A stretch of 64,000 bases of DNA from Azolla caroliniana (lineage: Eukaryota > Plantae > Polypodiophyta). Each line of letters opens with the position of its first letter. The stretch's first letter is position 1. The notes below the pieces were generated by a model. The model worked only from the letters and a program-made list of their open reading frames with translations. It did not search any database and was not told where the DNA came from. The translations under genes were made by a program, and so were the position numbers. Positions 21,319 to 33,686 of the stretch are shown piece by piece. The stretch lies in assembly GCA_043228905.1 (NCBI GenBank), contig JBHGNT010000004.1, forward strand, positions 8,122,001-8,186,000. Reading direction: 5' to 3'.

Positions 21319-24236
21319 GTATTCGCTACTAGTTGGCTCTTCATCGGACTGGTCATTCCGACTCAATCGCTCATGCGGCCCATTTAGCCGAAATGAGATC
21401 AGACTCTCATTTAGAGTACTGAAGTGTTCTTCTTCTTCTACCCGGATCGTTTCGGGCTCACTAGACACATCCTCTGGAATCGGATCGGAGTCGTAAATCA
21501 TAGTCAGTAGAGAGTATCATGATGCCGACTCATCAAATTCGATATCTCGGCTCACTCAAACTTGTTTTGTTCGAGGGTTATAGCACTTATAACCCTTTTG
21601 TTCCTGTGAGTAGCCGACTAGGATGCACTTCTCCAACTTTGGGTCTAGCTTTCTTCGCTTCTCATCCGATACATGCACATAGGCTATGCTACCGAATATC
21701 CTAAGGTGCCTCAAGTTCGGCTTCCGCCCGAAATACAACTCGTGTGCGGACACCCTTTCCCCGATCCGGTTTTGGATGTAGACAACCGTCCTGACCGCCT
21801 CAGCCCAGTAGAATTTGGGCATGCTTTTCTCCTCAAGCATTGCCCTTACCACGTCAACAATCAACCGGTTCTTCCTCTCGGCCACACCATTTTGTTCCAG
21901 TGTGTACATGTAGCTGAATTCTCTTTGAATTCCTTTCTGTTGCAGATAACTATTGAATTGGCTGGAAAAGTATTCTTTTCCGCCATCCGACCACAGGCAT
22001 TTGATCTTCCTATCAGTTTCCCATTCAATTAAACTTTGCAAGTTCCAGAAACAATCAAAAACTTCCCTTTTCTTCTCGATGAGGTAGATCCGTGTGTGTC
22101 GGTTGTAGTCGTCGATGAAAGAGACAAAATATCGGCTCCCACCAAGATTAACGTTTTGTGTTGGTCCCCATACATCCGAATGTATTAGATCGAGCTTGTT
22201 ACAGCTCCGGTTTCTTTAGGTGGGGAATGGAAGCCGGTGTTATTTCCCGAGTTGGCAAGCTTCACAAATTTCGGCCTTCGGGTCGTTAAATTTCGGCAAA
22301 CCGAAAACAACTTGTTTCGACTACAGGTCTTGAAGCCTCCAGTATTTGACATGACCAACCCGCTTGTGCCAGATATCGATGTCCGATTCAATCTTCTGAC
22401 CCTTTGTGAACAAAGCGGAGCCGACGTCTTGAAGCCTCCCATCTTGGCGCCCTTGCACAATTATCCGGCCTTCTTCCTCGATGAAGCACCCGAGGTGGTG
22501 CGTAAACCACACATGCATCCCCTGGTCAACGATCTGCCTGACCGACACCAGGTTCTTTGTGATTGTCGGGATGTGAAGCATGTTCATAAGCTTCCCTTTT
22601 TGTCCGACATGACTCAACGGAACTTCTTCGACATGCACAATCGGGTGAGGAGTGTCGTCTCCGGTTTTGACAACTCCCTGTTGCTCCAGTTTTTCCAAAA
22701 ATGAGAACCACTCTTCATGGTTCGTCATGTGGTTTGATGCTCCAGAGTCAACGTACCAAACTTCCTACGATCCAGAAATGGTCTTCTTCATCAAGTTCAC
22801 CTTGTGCTTCATCACAAAGGCTGGCCCTTTTTCGGTCTTACTGGTTCCGAATCCTTCAGCATAGTGCGAGCATTGCCGGTTCCCTTGTTCGGCCTTGCTG
22901 TATCCAGATTTATCCGAATCGGCGCGCTTCTTCCAGCTCTCGTTTTCTCGGTGGCCTTTCTTGCCACAGTACTAGCATTTTGTGTCGGTTTTCCCTTGCC
23001 GGTTTCCGACGCCGCCTTGACTCCCCCTTCTAGTGGAGGGTTTGAAACTATTGTGGCACTACATCTGTGCCTCCGGTTCTGCTCTTGTCGGCCGCCTGCA
23101 TTGTGTACCGATCCACCTCGTCCTCCACCCCCACGGGGCCGATCCACTTCCGTGTACAGCATTCGGCTATCCGATTGAGTGATCCTTGACCCACTCACGT
23201 GGTTTTCTTCGACCATGAGCATCAATTGCAGGTCGAAGGACGGTGGTTTCTCCCGGGTGAGGATAGCGGTCCGGATGGGCCCGTACCTTTGAGCCAAGCT
23301 ACTGAGGCATATTTGCAGCATTTCGTCCTCGTCTATCGTGACGTCAATGGACCCTAATGCATCACAAATCTCCTTTATCTTTGTGGTGTAGTCTGAAACG
23401 AACACATCCTTTTATCGGATATTGTTCAATTATTGTCGAAGTTGTAGCTTGCGGGCTAAGGTACTTATGACGAAAATCTTTTTCAAATTTTCCCAAGCTT
23501 GTTTCGGCAGCTTAGCATCTCTAATGTAGTCGATCATTTGGTCGTGCACGGTGGACGCAAGGCAGTACAGAACTCTGCTTGCTCCTTGTTCCCATGCCGA
23601 GAACTCCTTTTGTGATGACTCCGACGCTATTTCATTCACACCCTCAACATAACTCCAGTATCCATGTCCGAGCAGATATTGGTGCATCTCTGTTGTGTCT
23701 ATCAAGCTTGTCTGTTGGAAGCGAACTTGTCATACCTCTGTCCATCTTTCACTCTTTACCGGGTATTAGGGTTTGTCTTTAGTAATCGCTCGTCGTTTGT
23801 GGAGGTTCTCAACCCTCGCGCTCTAATACCATGTAAAAGTTAATATGCAGAAGCTGATGACAAATTGGTTCAACCGGATAGCAACAGAGAGTACAGGTTT
23901 AATGGAAACCTTACAAGACACGAATAGAGAGTGGGAGAGACTGAGAGAGCTGAATAGCATAAAGTATATTCAAAAAACAACGCTCTGTAACACTTTGTAC
24001 ATACAATGTGCTCAGTGAGCACTTTTATACAAGCCATTATACGGACTGACAGAAGTACTGAAAAGTACTTCAATGCTCATACGAGCGACTGACACTAACT
24101 CCAAGGAATATGCCTATATACTAGGCTAGATTCGTAGGCTTCTAACGGCCTACCGGTTACAGTCCGATCCGTCTCTCCGATCCGGCTCTTGGTTCCGGAT
24201 ACCGATCCAAATACATTTGAGCTTGTCCACTCAACA

Positions 24237-26020
24237 AGTTGGTACATGCAAGACATTCTTAATGTAAGTTTGCTACATGTTGAGCTTGTCCGAATGGAAC
24301 ATTGCCGATGCGCTAAATCGAATGAGTAGTGTCATCTTCGATTTCGACATAGCCGAGTCAATACGGCTCTCAAAGTTCTCGAAACCATTCTTGATGAGAC
24401 GTCATATGGTTCGAGGCACCAAAGTCGACGAACCATACATCTTTCGGACCGGAGGCACTAGCTAAAGTAGAAGCCGACATAGAATTTGCTCTATGTCTCA
24501 TCACGAACATTCCGCCATGATCGTCATAGTCGGAGTTGGTGGAGTAATTGGTGAGTTGTTGGCTAGTGGAAGCCGACTCGCGCATCTTCTTTCGGCACTC
24601 TTCTTCATGGTGGCCTATTTTGCCGCAATATCTGCGTTCGATCGAGTTTTGTCAGCTCGGGCCGGAATGGAAGCTCCCCCTTCTTCCGAAGGTTTCTTGA
24701 TGGCTTTCGTCTTGTTTCCGAAATTGTGAATTGTTTTCGATAGTCAGACCTCGTCCGCCCCGTCCTTGGCTGAATCGGCATGTTGCTCAACCACGTCCTC
24801 TTCCTCCGTTTGAATGTGTGTAGAGCATGTGGCCTTCCGAGGCATTGCTCCTTGTTCGAACATGGTTTTCTTCAACCAACAACATGGATTGAAGATCGAA
24901 GAAAGAGGGAGGATTCTCTCGTGCTAGTACGGCGGTCCTCATCGCGTCGAACCATGGTGCAAGGCCACCAAGGCATATTTGCACCATCTCATCATCGTCC
25001 ACATGATGCTTATTGAGCCAAGCAAGTCACAAAGCTCCTTAATCTTCAAGGTGTAGCTTGTGATGGACATGTCCCTTTATTGGATATTATTCAACTCTTG
25101 GTGGATTTTAAGCTTTCTTGCGGTTGTGTTGGCCACGAAAATCTTCCGTAGATTCTCCCACGCTTCCTTCGGGGTCATGGCTTCTCGAATGTAGCCGAGC
25201 ATATGATCATGAACACATGTCGCCAAGCAATACATCACTCGGCTTGCCGCTTGCTCCCATGTTGAGTAGTCGGCGTCTTTCAGGTCGGATCGATTTTCTT
25301 GTGCTCCTTTGATGTAGCTCCAATATCCTTGACCAACAAGGTATTGGTGCATCTTGTACTCCCAAGATGCAAAGTTGTTTCAATCCAACTTCTCACTAGG
25401 GAGAGCGCTCCCCATTTGAGTATTCATTATGTTGATGAAGCTTTCTTTCTTCTTTTCCTTCTCTCTCGAACACGAGCTATGTAGTGGCACTACGATAGCG
25501 ATGAACTGGTTCTTCTCGAACATCGGAGTAGAACACAACACGCGTGGATGGGCTAGATCTAGCTACCAAACCGCATTGATACCATGTAAAGAATTGGATA
25601 TGATTCTTGTGCAACGGAAGATATGTGTGTTATGTGTATGTGTGAGAGGAAAAAGACGAGAGAAGAGAAAACACAAGGAAGTACTCAAGAAGAAGGTGTA
25701 TATTGACAAGTAAAATAGCAAATACAATATGTAGCATTACAAGGAGTCACAACCGACACTCTATGTAGTAGGAGAAGGGTGCTTTATATAAGGTCACCCT
25801 CTCTCTTCATTAACTCACTACAACAACTACTCTCTTGGGGAATGTGAAAACTCATAGTCATAGGGAATATGGAACTCATTAGTTATGTGTCATAGAATAT
25901 GATTCTATGACACATAGTTAATGTGTAGAGAGTAGTGGTGTGACTTTTGACCTTTGAGTGATCATAGATTCTCAAAGGGTGTGTTCACACGTTGCATTAG
26001 GTTTAGCTTGATTCTCAACA
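24237..26020 (-). mobile_element. Older B-related copia (B0): 5' LTR 25585-26020, PBS, degenerate gag and protease
   Basis: MHQYLVGQGYWSY, DEMVQICLGGL, VWFVDFGASNHMT; PBS-like TGGTATCAATGC at 25573-25584; cut at NVLHVPT by the B1 LTR. Confidence 0.85.
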
Positions 26021-26399
26021 TCTAACAATCCACTATTGAGAAATCCCTGATTGAAATTTGAGTTAACTAGAAAAAAATTGCACTTTCTTAACCTATCATT
26101 CGTAATATATCATTATAAATTTCTATATGTGACTGTAGTAGGGTGATTGCATTATATATGTTATGTGTAATGCTTCTCAGGATTTTAAAATTTCTACCAC
26201 AAGTTTATTGAGAAATATTCCAAGATCATCTTACCTCTCACAAGACTACATATAAGAACCAATTGTTTACGTTTACATAAACTCTAAGTCTACTTGAGGT
26301 GTTTCAAATCTTAACAAAAATGTTTACATCTATCCCATTTTTTCCACCCTTAGATCTAATGCATCTAATTTTGTAATTGGGAGTTTCATGTACTCGCAT

Positions 26400-28250
26400 A
26401 CCATAGATGATGGATATCTACATCCAGCCACATTTCATTCTCAAAAGTTTGAATTATAAATGTGTGGCAAATAGCTCTAAACACTCTAGATTCTTTTGAG
26501 CAATGGTGTCATGTTTTAGTGAGTTCTCTCCGCTATATAAATGCCTATAATAACAAGAACCTCACATATTTCTAGAATGTTATGATTTATTGATCACGTA
26601 TCACCCAAGGATGCAACGAGGTAAAGAAGACACTCGAGCACTCAATGTTCTTATATGGCACCACATTCAAGAGAGCCGAGTTTTGACTATCAAAAACAAG
26701 TCCGCTAGGGACTTGATTGTCTATGAAGGTTGGTAGCTAATGTCTTGGAAGCATTGTGAACTCAAGAATTCTTGATTTCACTCATACATATAATTTCGCC
26801 CAAGATATCTTAAACCATATTGTTCTAAAATGTATTGCTTGCTCAAGGTTCAAAGTATTTCATATAGATTTGTGAATAGCTCAATTGGCATGATGGGTTA
26901 CTCTTTTGAAACATTTATTTGCACATCCTTGATGGGCCTAATGACCCTTGTTCGCTTCAAGTTTTGTGATGTTGCCATGATGCATGAATTACTAGCCTCT
27001 TTGGAGTCCACAAGACTTTAGACATGATTACATAAAGGTATTGGTGGCCTTGACTTTGTAATTATGTTGAGGACTATATTTCACACGTGATATATTTTGC
27101 CAGTCTAAGATACCTCAACATTGTTTATATGGTTGTTTGGAACCATTTCGAGTTTCAAATCAATCTATAGAAATTCATTTCTTTAAATTTCATTACAAAT
27201 CTTCCCCGTTTTATTCTAATCCTCATATTGATGGATTAGTTCATTAAGATGATAAAGTTTTTTCCGTGTAACAAGACTATCAATAGTACGGTTTCCCCGA
27301 TAGCAAATTTGAATCTCATAGATCAATATTAGTAATATCAATTATCATAGATCATAACTCATCTCAACAATTTTGAAGCACATTATCAAAATATTTTGAA
27401 TCTCTTGTACACTATTTTCAATTTGTCATCAACAAAGCGACAACAAGTGCACAAATACAATGTTCAAGCAACATCTCCATCGCCTCATCAACTACTAAGA
27501 TGTTAATTTTGTTTACTTCTTGCATTACATGGAATTCGATTACAATACCTAGGGAGATATATGGTACTCCTATTATATAAGATCTAATGCAAGAAAAGAG
27601 ATCCAAAGAACCATACATTTTAGCAATGCAAGACAAGTTTGAGAATGGGGGATTTGTGGAAATAAAATTTATTGGAGGATGCCAAAAACTCTCTAAGGAA
27701 CCACATCCCTCAAAGACCTTCAAAACTTTAGCAAGAAGATGGAGTCTCCTAGAATCCACAATAACTAGAGTTTGAGCTCGAATACCAAGAGGCAAAAGTA
27801 AAAACTCTAGTGGCAGAGACTTCTTCCATGTGTGTGGAATAATACAGGAGCATTTGAAAATATGGATATCATGAAATGTTTGTGTATCTTTCATGTGCGT
27901 GGAATGACATAAGATCATCGGGACATGGATCTCATGCAATGCTTTTGTATTTAAAAATGCAAGCATGCATGATAATGCTCATTCTATGTGTGATCTATAA
28001 ATATAGGTAGATACATTGTGCTACTTGGGATAGCTAGAAAAATTGTGCTTCTTGATTAATAAGACATTGAAACAAAAAATAAAAGGAATTGTTGAGAAGT
28101 CATTAAAGATGGCAGCAATGAGGTGTAAAGATTCTTGTTGTGACCATGAACAATAAATGGAGTGGGGGGAGAGTGAGTATTGAAAGCAACGTTCTAGTTG
28201 AATCAAACATTGTATATCAGTAAAACATTTATAGACATGTGAGAGTTCCA
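26400..28250 (+). pseudogene. Possible highly decayed L1-type LINE ORF2 3' relic
   Basis: KGIGGL-like codons near 27034 and LARRW..PRGKSK/KVKTLV-like remnants near 27730-27810; many stops; boundaries approximate. Confidence 0.3.
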
Positions 28251-31206
28251 TCCTTAGTAGATTGAATTGCTGATGTGCCTTTTATTATTATCTTAGTTTC
28301 ATTTCTAGAGAAAACCAGGTTTTCCCATTTACAAGCTATGGATACTCATATGGGATATATATGTGGGGTAGATTAGAGAATGGACCCCTATCTCACCCTC
28401 CCGAGTCCCTCCCCAAGTTTTCTTTATTCCATCATCCATGTATTATTTTTGAGAATTTATGTGCCATTTATTGTATATTGTTTGGCACAAACAATGCTCA
28501 ACAACGACTCTTAGAAACGATAAACAATAATGAAACCAAACTTGGATGCATGTGCAACAATTTACTATATATTTTTGGAAACTATAATAAATTTGTATTG
28601 AACGTAATAATGCATAACAAATTTGGCTTTTGTGCTCATGATTAATATTACATTCTTTTCAAACATGAAAACTTACCAATAATTATCAAAATGATATTGA
28701 AGGATGGAATCTATGGACCAAATTGTCAAAGCATTTGTGATATATTAGATTATCCACAATACATGAGTGTGGGGGTGAACCATACAAAATGATCGTTCAT
28801 GTAATTGAGTTCATACCCCAACACACACTTAATGTGTAACCAACCGGTCTTGTTAGATGATGAATCATTAGGAGATCAATGTAATGAAATGTAACTTTAG
28901 GGATTTTGTTCAACATCAAGTTTTAAGTGTGTGAACCTCAAGGTATAGCACTAAAATAGTGTACATGGATCTTCTTACTTGACTACAAACTTGATTGTGT
29001 TTATAATATGCTTTGACAATACTAAGGTATGGAATTCATCAATTCAATAGTCCAAAAACATTATCAAGTTTATACTTTCTTCCATGGAAAGAAAGGCAAG
29101 TGAAATGATAGAAAACAAATTCATTGGTGGAATAAATTTAAGAAATTTAGTGTTTCAAGAGCACAATAATGTCCAACTTTCTATAGTGGGGCCTTTCAAG
29201 GAAGTACCACTTTACCTTTGAGTATTACATGTAAGGTGATCATATAGGTATAAAAGGCTGGGTGTAAAGTAAGCCATGGTCAAGGTGGATTGCTCATAGT
29301 ACTAAAAAGTAAAACAAGAATAACTCTAGAAATTTTGCATTTATAAACCTTATGGTGATATTCATGACCAAAGAAGTTGCCTTTAAACATGGAAACTCTC
29401 ACTAGGTTTGCGAGCTTTTGCATTATTTAAGTGGACATGTGGATTTCTTCGACCAACAAATAATGCAAAAGTGTTATCTAAGTACGTCACCACATTAAAT
29501 TAGGAAAACAATTTCGAGAGTGGTTTTCTGGTAGTCTAATGTAACCTCTTGAGAAAGTTGAACGATATGGCGGTCATGGCAATGTCAAAGGAGTAGAAGT
29601 GAAGATCAAATACTTCTCTTAGGAATAAAGTTTTAATTCCATTAAGATATAGATTTTGGTCAAAGCTACAGTACAATAACAACTTATGCTAAACTTGTTC
29701 CATTCATATTACATACTCACACTCACACACATATGCACAAGGTGGTCGAAGATTGAATACTTTCACGTTTCTTTCAACATGATGTAAACTAAGAGTGACA
29801 TCATGTCTCACAAAAGGCAACGCTTGACCCCCCTTTAACAAAGAAAGGCATGTCCCTTTGTGTTTGGTGTAGGAAAATAAAGCAATACCTTGTGGGTTCT
29901 AAGTGCACATGTAAAGGTTAAGGACTCTACGTGTGGCCACTCAAAAGGATATAGTTTGAGATTGTGACCATGTGCCCTTAGTGAGTGCATTCCCTTGTGG
30001 CCCTCCAATCTACAATTGCGCCAATTGATATTTGAATCAAGTAAGGAATTGAGCTTGTAAGTGGGATAATGAACACCGAGGCAAGAAGATAATACTAAGA
30101 TTAAAACAAGGGACGTTTTGTAAGGAGACATTCCTTATCACTTCCCAAGGGTGTATGGAAAAGCTTCCAAAGAATGGGGGGATGGGGTAAAACACTGGAA
30201 GATCAGGGGATAAAGATAGTCGTGCAATGAGAAAGAATATGCTAATTGGGTGGTGGTTAAGGACTTTTGAACGTTGGATCTTGCAGAGAGATGAATTGTG
30301 ATGTGTCAGATGAAAAAGTATGTTTGCAGCCGTTTGGATATGACAAGGTCGCCACGTGTCGTTTCGTTGATAGTCGATATGAGGCGGTGAATCTCAATCG
30401 TCCGATCACTTCTAATAATGCACTCACCCGTGCCAGCTACTATTTCATTTTTTTAAACAAAGAGTGAAACAAGAAAAGAAGAGAGACGGAAAAGAAGATT
30501 CAAATCCCCAAAAAAAACCAAAAAGGAAGACTCATTAAATAAACAACATATTCTTTGTGAAATCATCCAGCCATTTTATTTGACCATTATCCACCCTCCT
30601 CCCAAATGTTTTTCCAAGCCATTTCTAAAAAACACGATGTTTTATACGTATGTGTTCACAATTATTTTGTTATTGTTGTTTTCTTTCCAAAAAAGATGCC
30701 CCTACATCCCTATACACTAACATCATTAGCCTATATACATTGTGATGTACAATTGTAAATTTGCTTCTATTGCCCATAGGGGTGTTTTGTACATAGAAAC
30801 TCTCATGTGGGATTCTAACTCAATTCAAGGTCCATATTAGTTCTTCAAGTTATTAGCACATAATAATTGGAGATGCAATGTGTGGTTGTGTATGAAGGGT
30901 TGGGTGGTAGTCCATTTCGCCTAATAGGGCATCAGAAGGAGGCCTTCAAGAATTCACATATTGTGTTTAAACTTATCGAATTCAAACGCATGTAGCACAC
31001 AACATACCTAGCTATGTGTGACAGAACCTAGTATAATTGTAATAATGTGTTAATGTAGCCTATAAGATGGTGGACAACCATTTTGTTGGCAACAATCTAC
31101 TCATAATGAATACAACATAGAATGAGGGTCAACCTAAGGTATAATAGAACACAAAACCTATCATGCACCACTTCTTCTCCCTTTCTTCATGCAATTATGT
31201 ATTGAT

Positions 31207-31208
<2 letters not shown>

Positions 31209-31241
<33 letters not shown>
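31209..31241. repeat. (CT)n microsatellite upstream of the GRAS gene
   Basis: Read directly from the sequence. Confidence 0.9.
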
Positions 31242-31245
<4 letters not shown>

Positions 31246-33120
31246 ACAAAGGTTATGACAACACCGTTGAAGGTGCACATTGCCAATTTCTAACATATGA
31301 GTGTGCCACTTCTTTCCCATAGCATGAGACATGTTATGAAGAACCTCTGGTTAGGTTATAAGTCTCTTGTTCAGATTACACCTTCTTTAACAACTCTTGA
31401 TTCAACGCATCTTATACTTACATAACATATGCTTTCTTATAAATGTGCAACTTATCAACCTAGGTATATGTTGTATCTTAGAGTTACGTATGTTGAAAGG
31501 TCATATTGTTGAACCGGTACAAGAGTTTACAATGTGAAAAGAGGAGGAACATGGCTTATTCAAGGTGAGTAGCCCAAAAGGCTCAACATACCTAGTAACT
31601 AGGTATGACCACATACCGAAGAGTCCCCCACCCTACCTCCCTTTTCCCGACATTTGCATACTATTCTACATCATGAGCTTCGACAAGTATATCGTAGGTG
31701 TAATTAACCCCCCGTCATAGGCTTTATCGATCTCATCGAGCTTCAACAAGTAATGCATGACACTTTTATTTATGCATGCGCATTCTCCCTCCCCCCCCCT
31801 CTTTGCAATTCTTGTATCTTTGTGAGCTTTTTGTTAGGATGTGTAATGGCATAGACTCAAGTGAGGGGGAGGAGGGTGTGGGGCATGCATGTGTGTCAAG
31901 GGAGCTATCGATTACGCGAGAGCACACATGGGATCTCACTCACTCTCAATCGCACATAATGTTATCTTGAACCAGAAAGTGGGAATCCTCGCCAGAAAAG
32001 GAGTGTGTTACAGAGACCTTACACAAGTTGCATATGCATTTATCCCAAATATTCCAAACTTTAAATGTGTCCACATGAACCCCTAAAAAAAAGAGGTGTT
32101 TGTTCTTTAAAAAGGAGAAAACAAACAAAAACAAGCGAGAGAGACGGGGGGAGTATATGTTATATATACATTGTATTGAAGTTTTGTTTAATGTCTTTTG
32201 GATTTGTATGGCGACATACACTTTGGGTGGGCATTGTTTATTTAGTTTTAAAATTTGAGGTTTTCTCTTTGACCGTGGCAAAAGGAAAAGGAAGCTCTTC
32301 TTTTGATTGATTTATTAGTTTATAGATTGAGATTGATGAAAGGACAAAAATATAAATAAGACAAAGCTTTATTATAATGAATCGCCCTTCGGACTTGATA
32401 AACAAAAAAAGAAAAGTGGGACGGTTACTTATGTGTATATACATGAATACATAAATATTATATTTCTGAGTGCTTCAATAAAATAAAATAAAACAATTCC
32501 TCTCTGCGTGTCTTCTTCGTTCTTGTTTTTATTTTTCATAATATAGAAAAATACAAAAAATAAAAGGAAGGGAAAAAACAAAAAACACATAAATAAATTA
32601 AAAATATACATTATGTAAATTATAATGATAAATAGAATCCATATGTACATATGTTTTTTTTGGAAACTAATTTGTTTTATTTTTAAATTATATTAAATTT
32701 GTTTTTACTTTTTTTTTGGGGGGGTTGCTTGTCGATCACTCACTACTCACCGCGTTGGTTTGCTTTTTGCTTTTTGTTTTTTGTTTTTTTGCTTTTTTGC
32801 TTTTTGTTTTGTGTTTTCATTACAAAAGGAAACCTCCTCCCCCTCCCCTTATCTCTTCTTTCTCTCCTCTTTCTTCCTTCTCTCCTTCGTCACATCCCAT
32901 TCATTACTCTTCCTGCTCCTGCTCCTGCTGCTTCATCTTCATCTTCATCTTTCTTTCAAAATTCTTCTATGTATTTCAATTGATTGCCTGTCTCTTTTTA
33001 ATGTTCCCGATCTTTGCAAATTAGGTTTGGGTACCTCTGATTAATTGGGTGCCTTGCCTTAATTGGGTGCCTTGCCTTGCCTTGCCTGCCCTGGCCCCTC
33101 TTCCTGAGTTTCCTCACTCA

Positions 33121-33649
33121 ATGGCCCCCCCACTCTGCACACAATTAAACAATAGCTTGTTGGCAGCCACTTACAATAATCACAACCATTTAATAATGGC
33201 CTCCACTACTGCTGCTGCTAATCCCTCCCCTCCTTCCGCCTGCGCATCTGCTAATTGTGACGAGGAATCGACCTTCGTCACCATCGCTCACCATCTTATG
33301 CAACAACAACATATTGGGCATGACCACCACCAGTATTCCCCTAATTATAACTGTGAGCCCAATCATAATCATAACACCACTAACAGTTTCTTTTCCAATA
33401 GTCATAGCCATAATCCTGCCATTTTTTACCCTTTCACTTCCAACCATGTAATGGATCACCCCACTTATAATTTCTCTAATTGGGGAGCTCCTCATGATGC
33501 CCTTTTAATTACCAATACAGTTACCAATACTAACTATAACAATGCCTCCTCAAATTATACATGGCAGCATGCCAAGAGCAATATGACCTTCGATGATGAT
33601 CATCATCGCCATCATCATGGCAGCGAAAATCAACAGAGGATAGCTAATG

Positions 33650-33686
<37 letters not shown>

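Larger units (their letters stand above)
9268..24236 (-). mobile_element. copia family B copy 1 (degenerate; host of nested X, B2, Y and a solo A LTR); 5' LTR 23832-24236, 3' end lost
   Basis: Pieces 9268-10219, 17154-18014 and 21319-23831 rejoin into RNaseH-RT-INT-PR-gag on the minus strand; PBS TGGTATTAGAGC at 23820-23831. Confidence 0.88.

Noticed and set aside
32699-33044. Phe/Leu-rich uORFs upstream of GRAS
   Set aside because: Non-ATG starts in T-rich promoter/UTR sequence.
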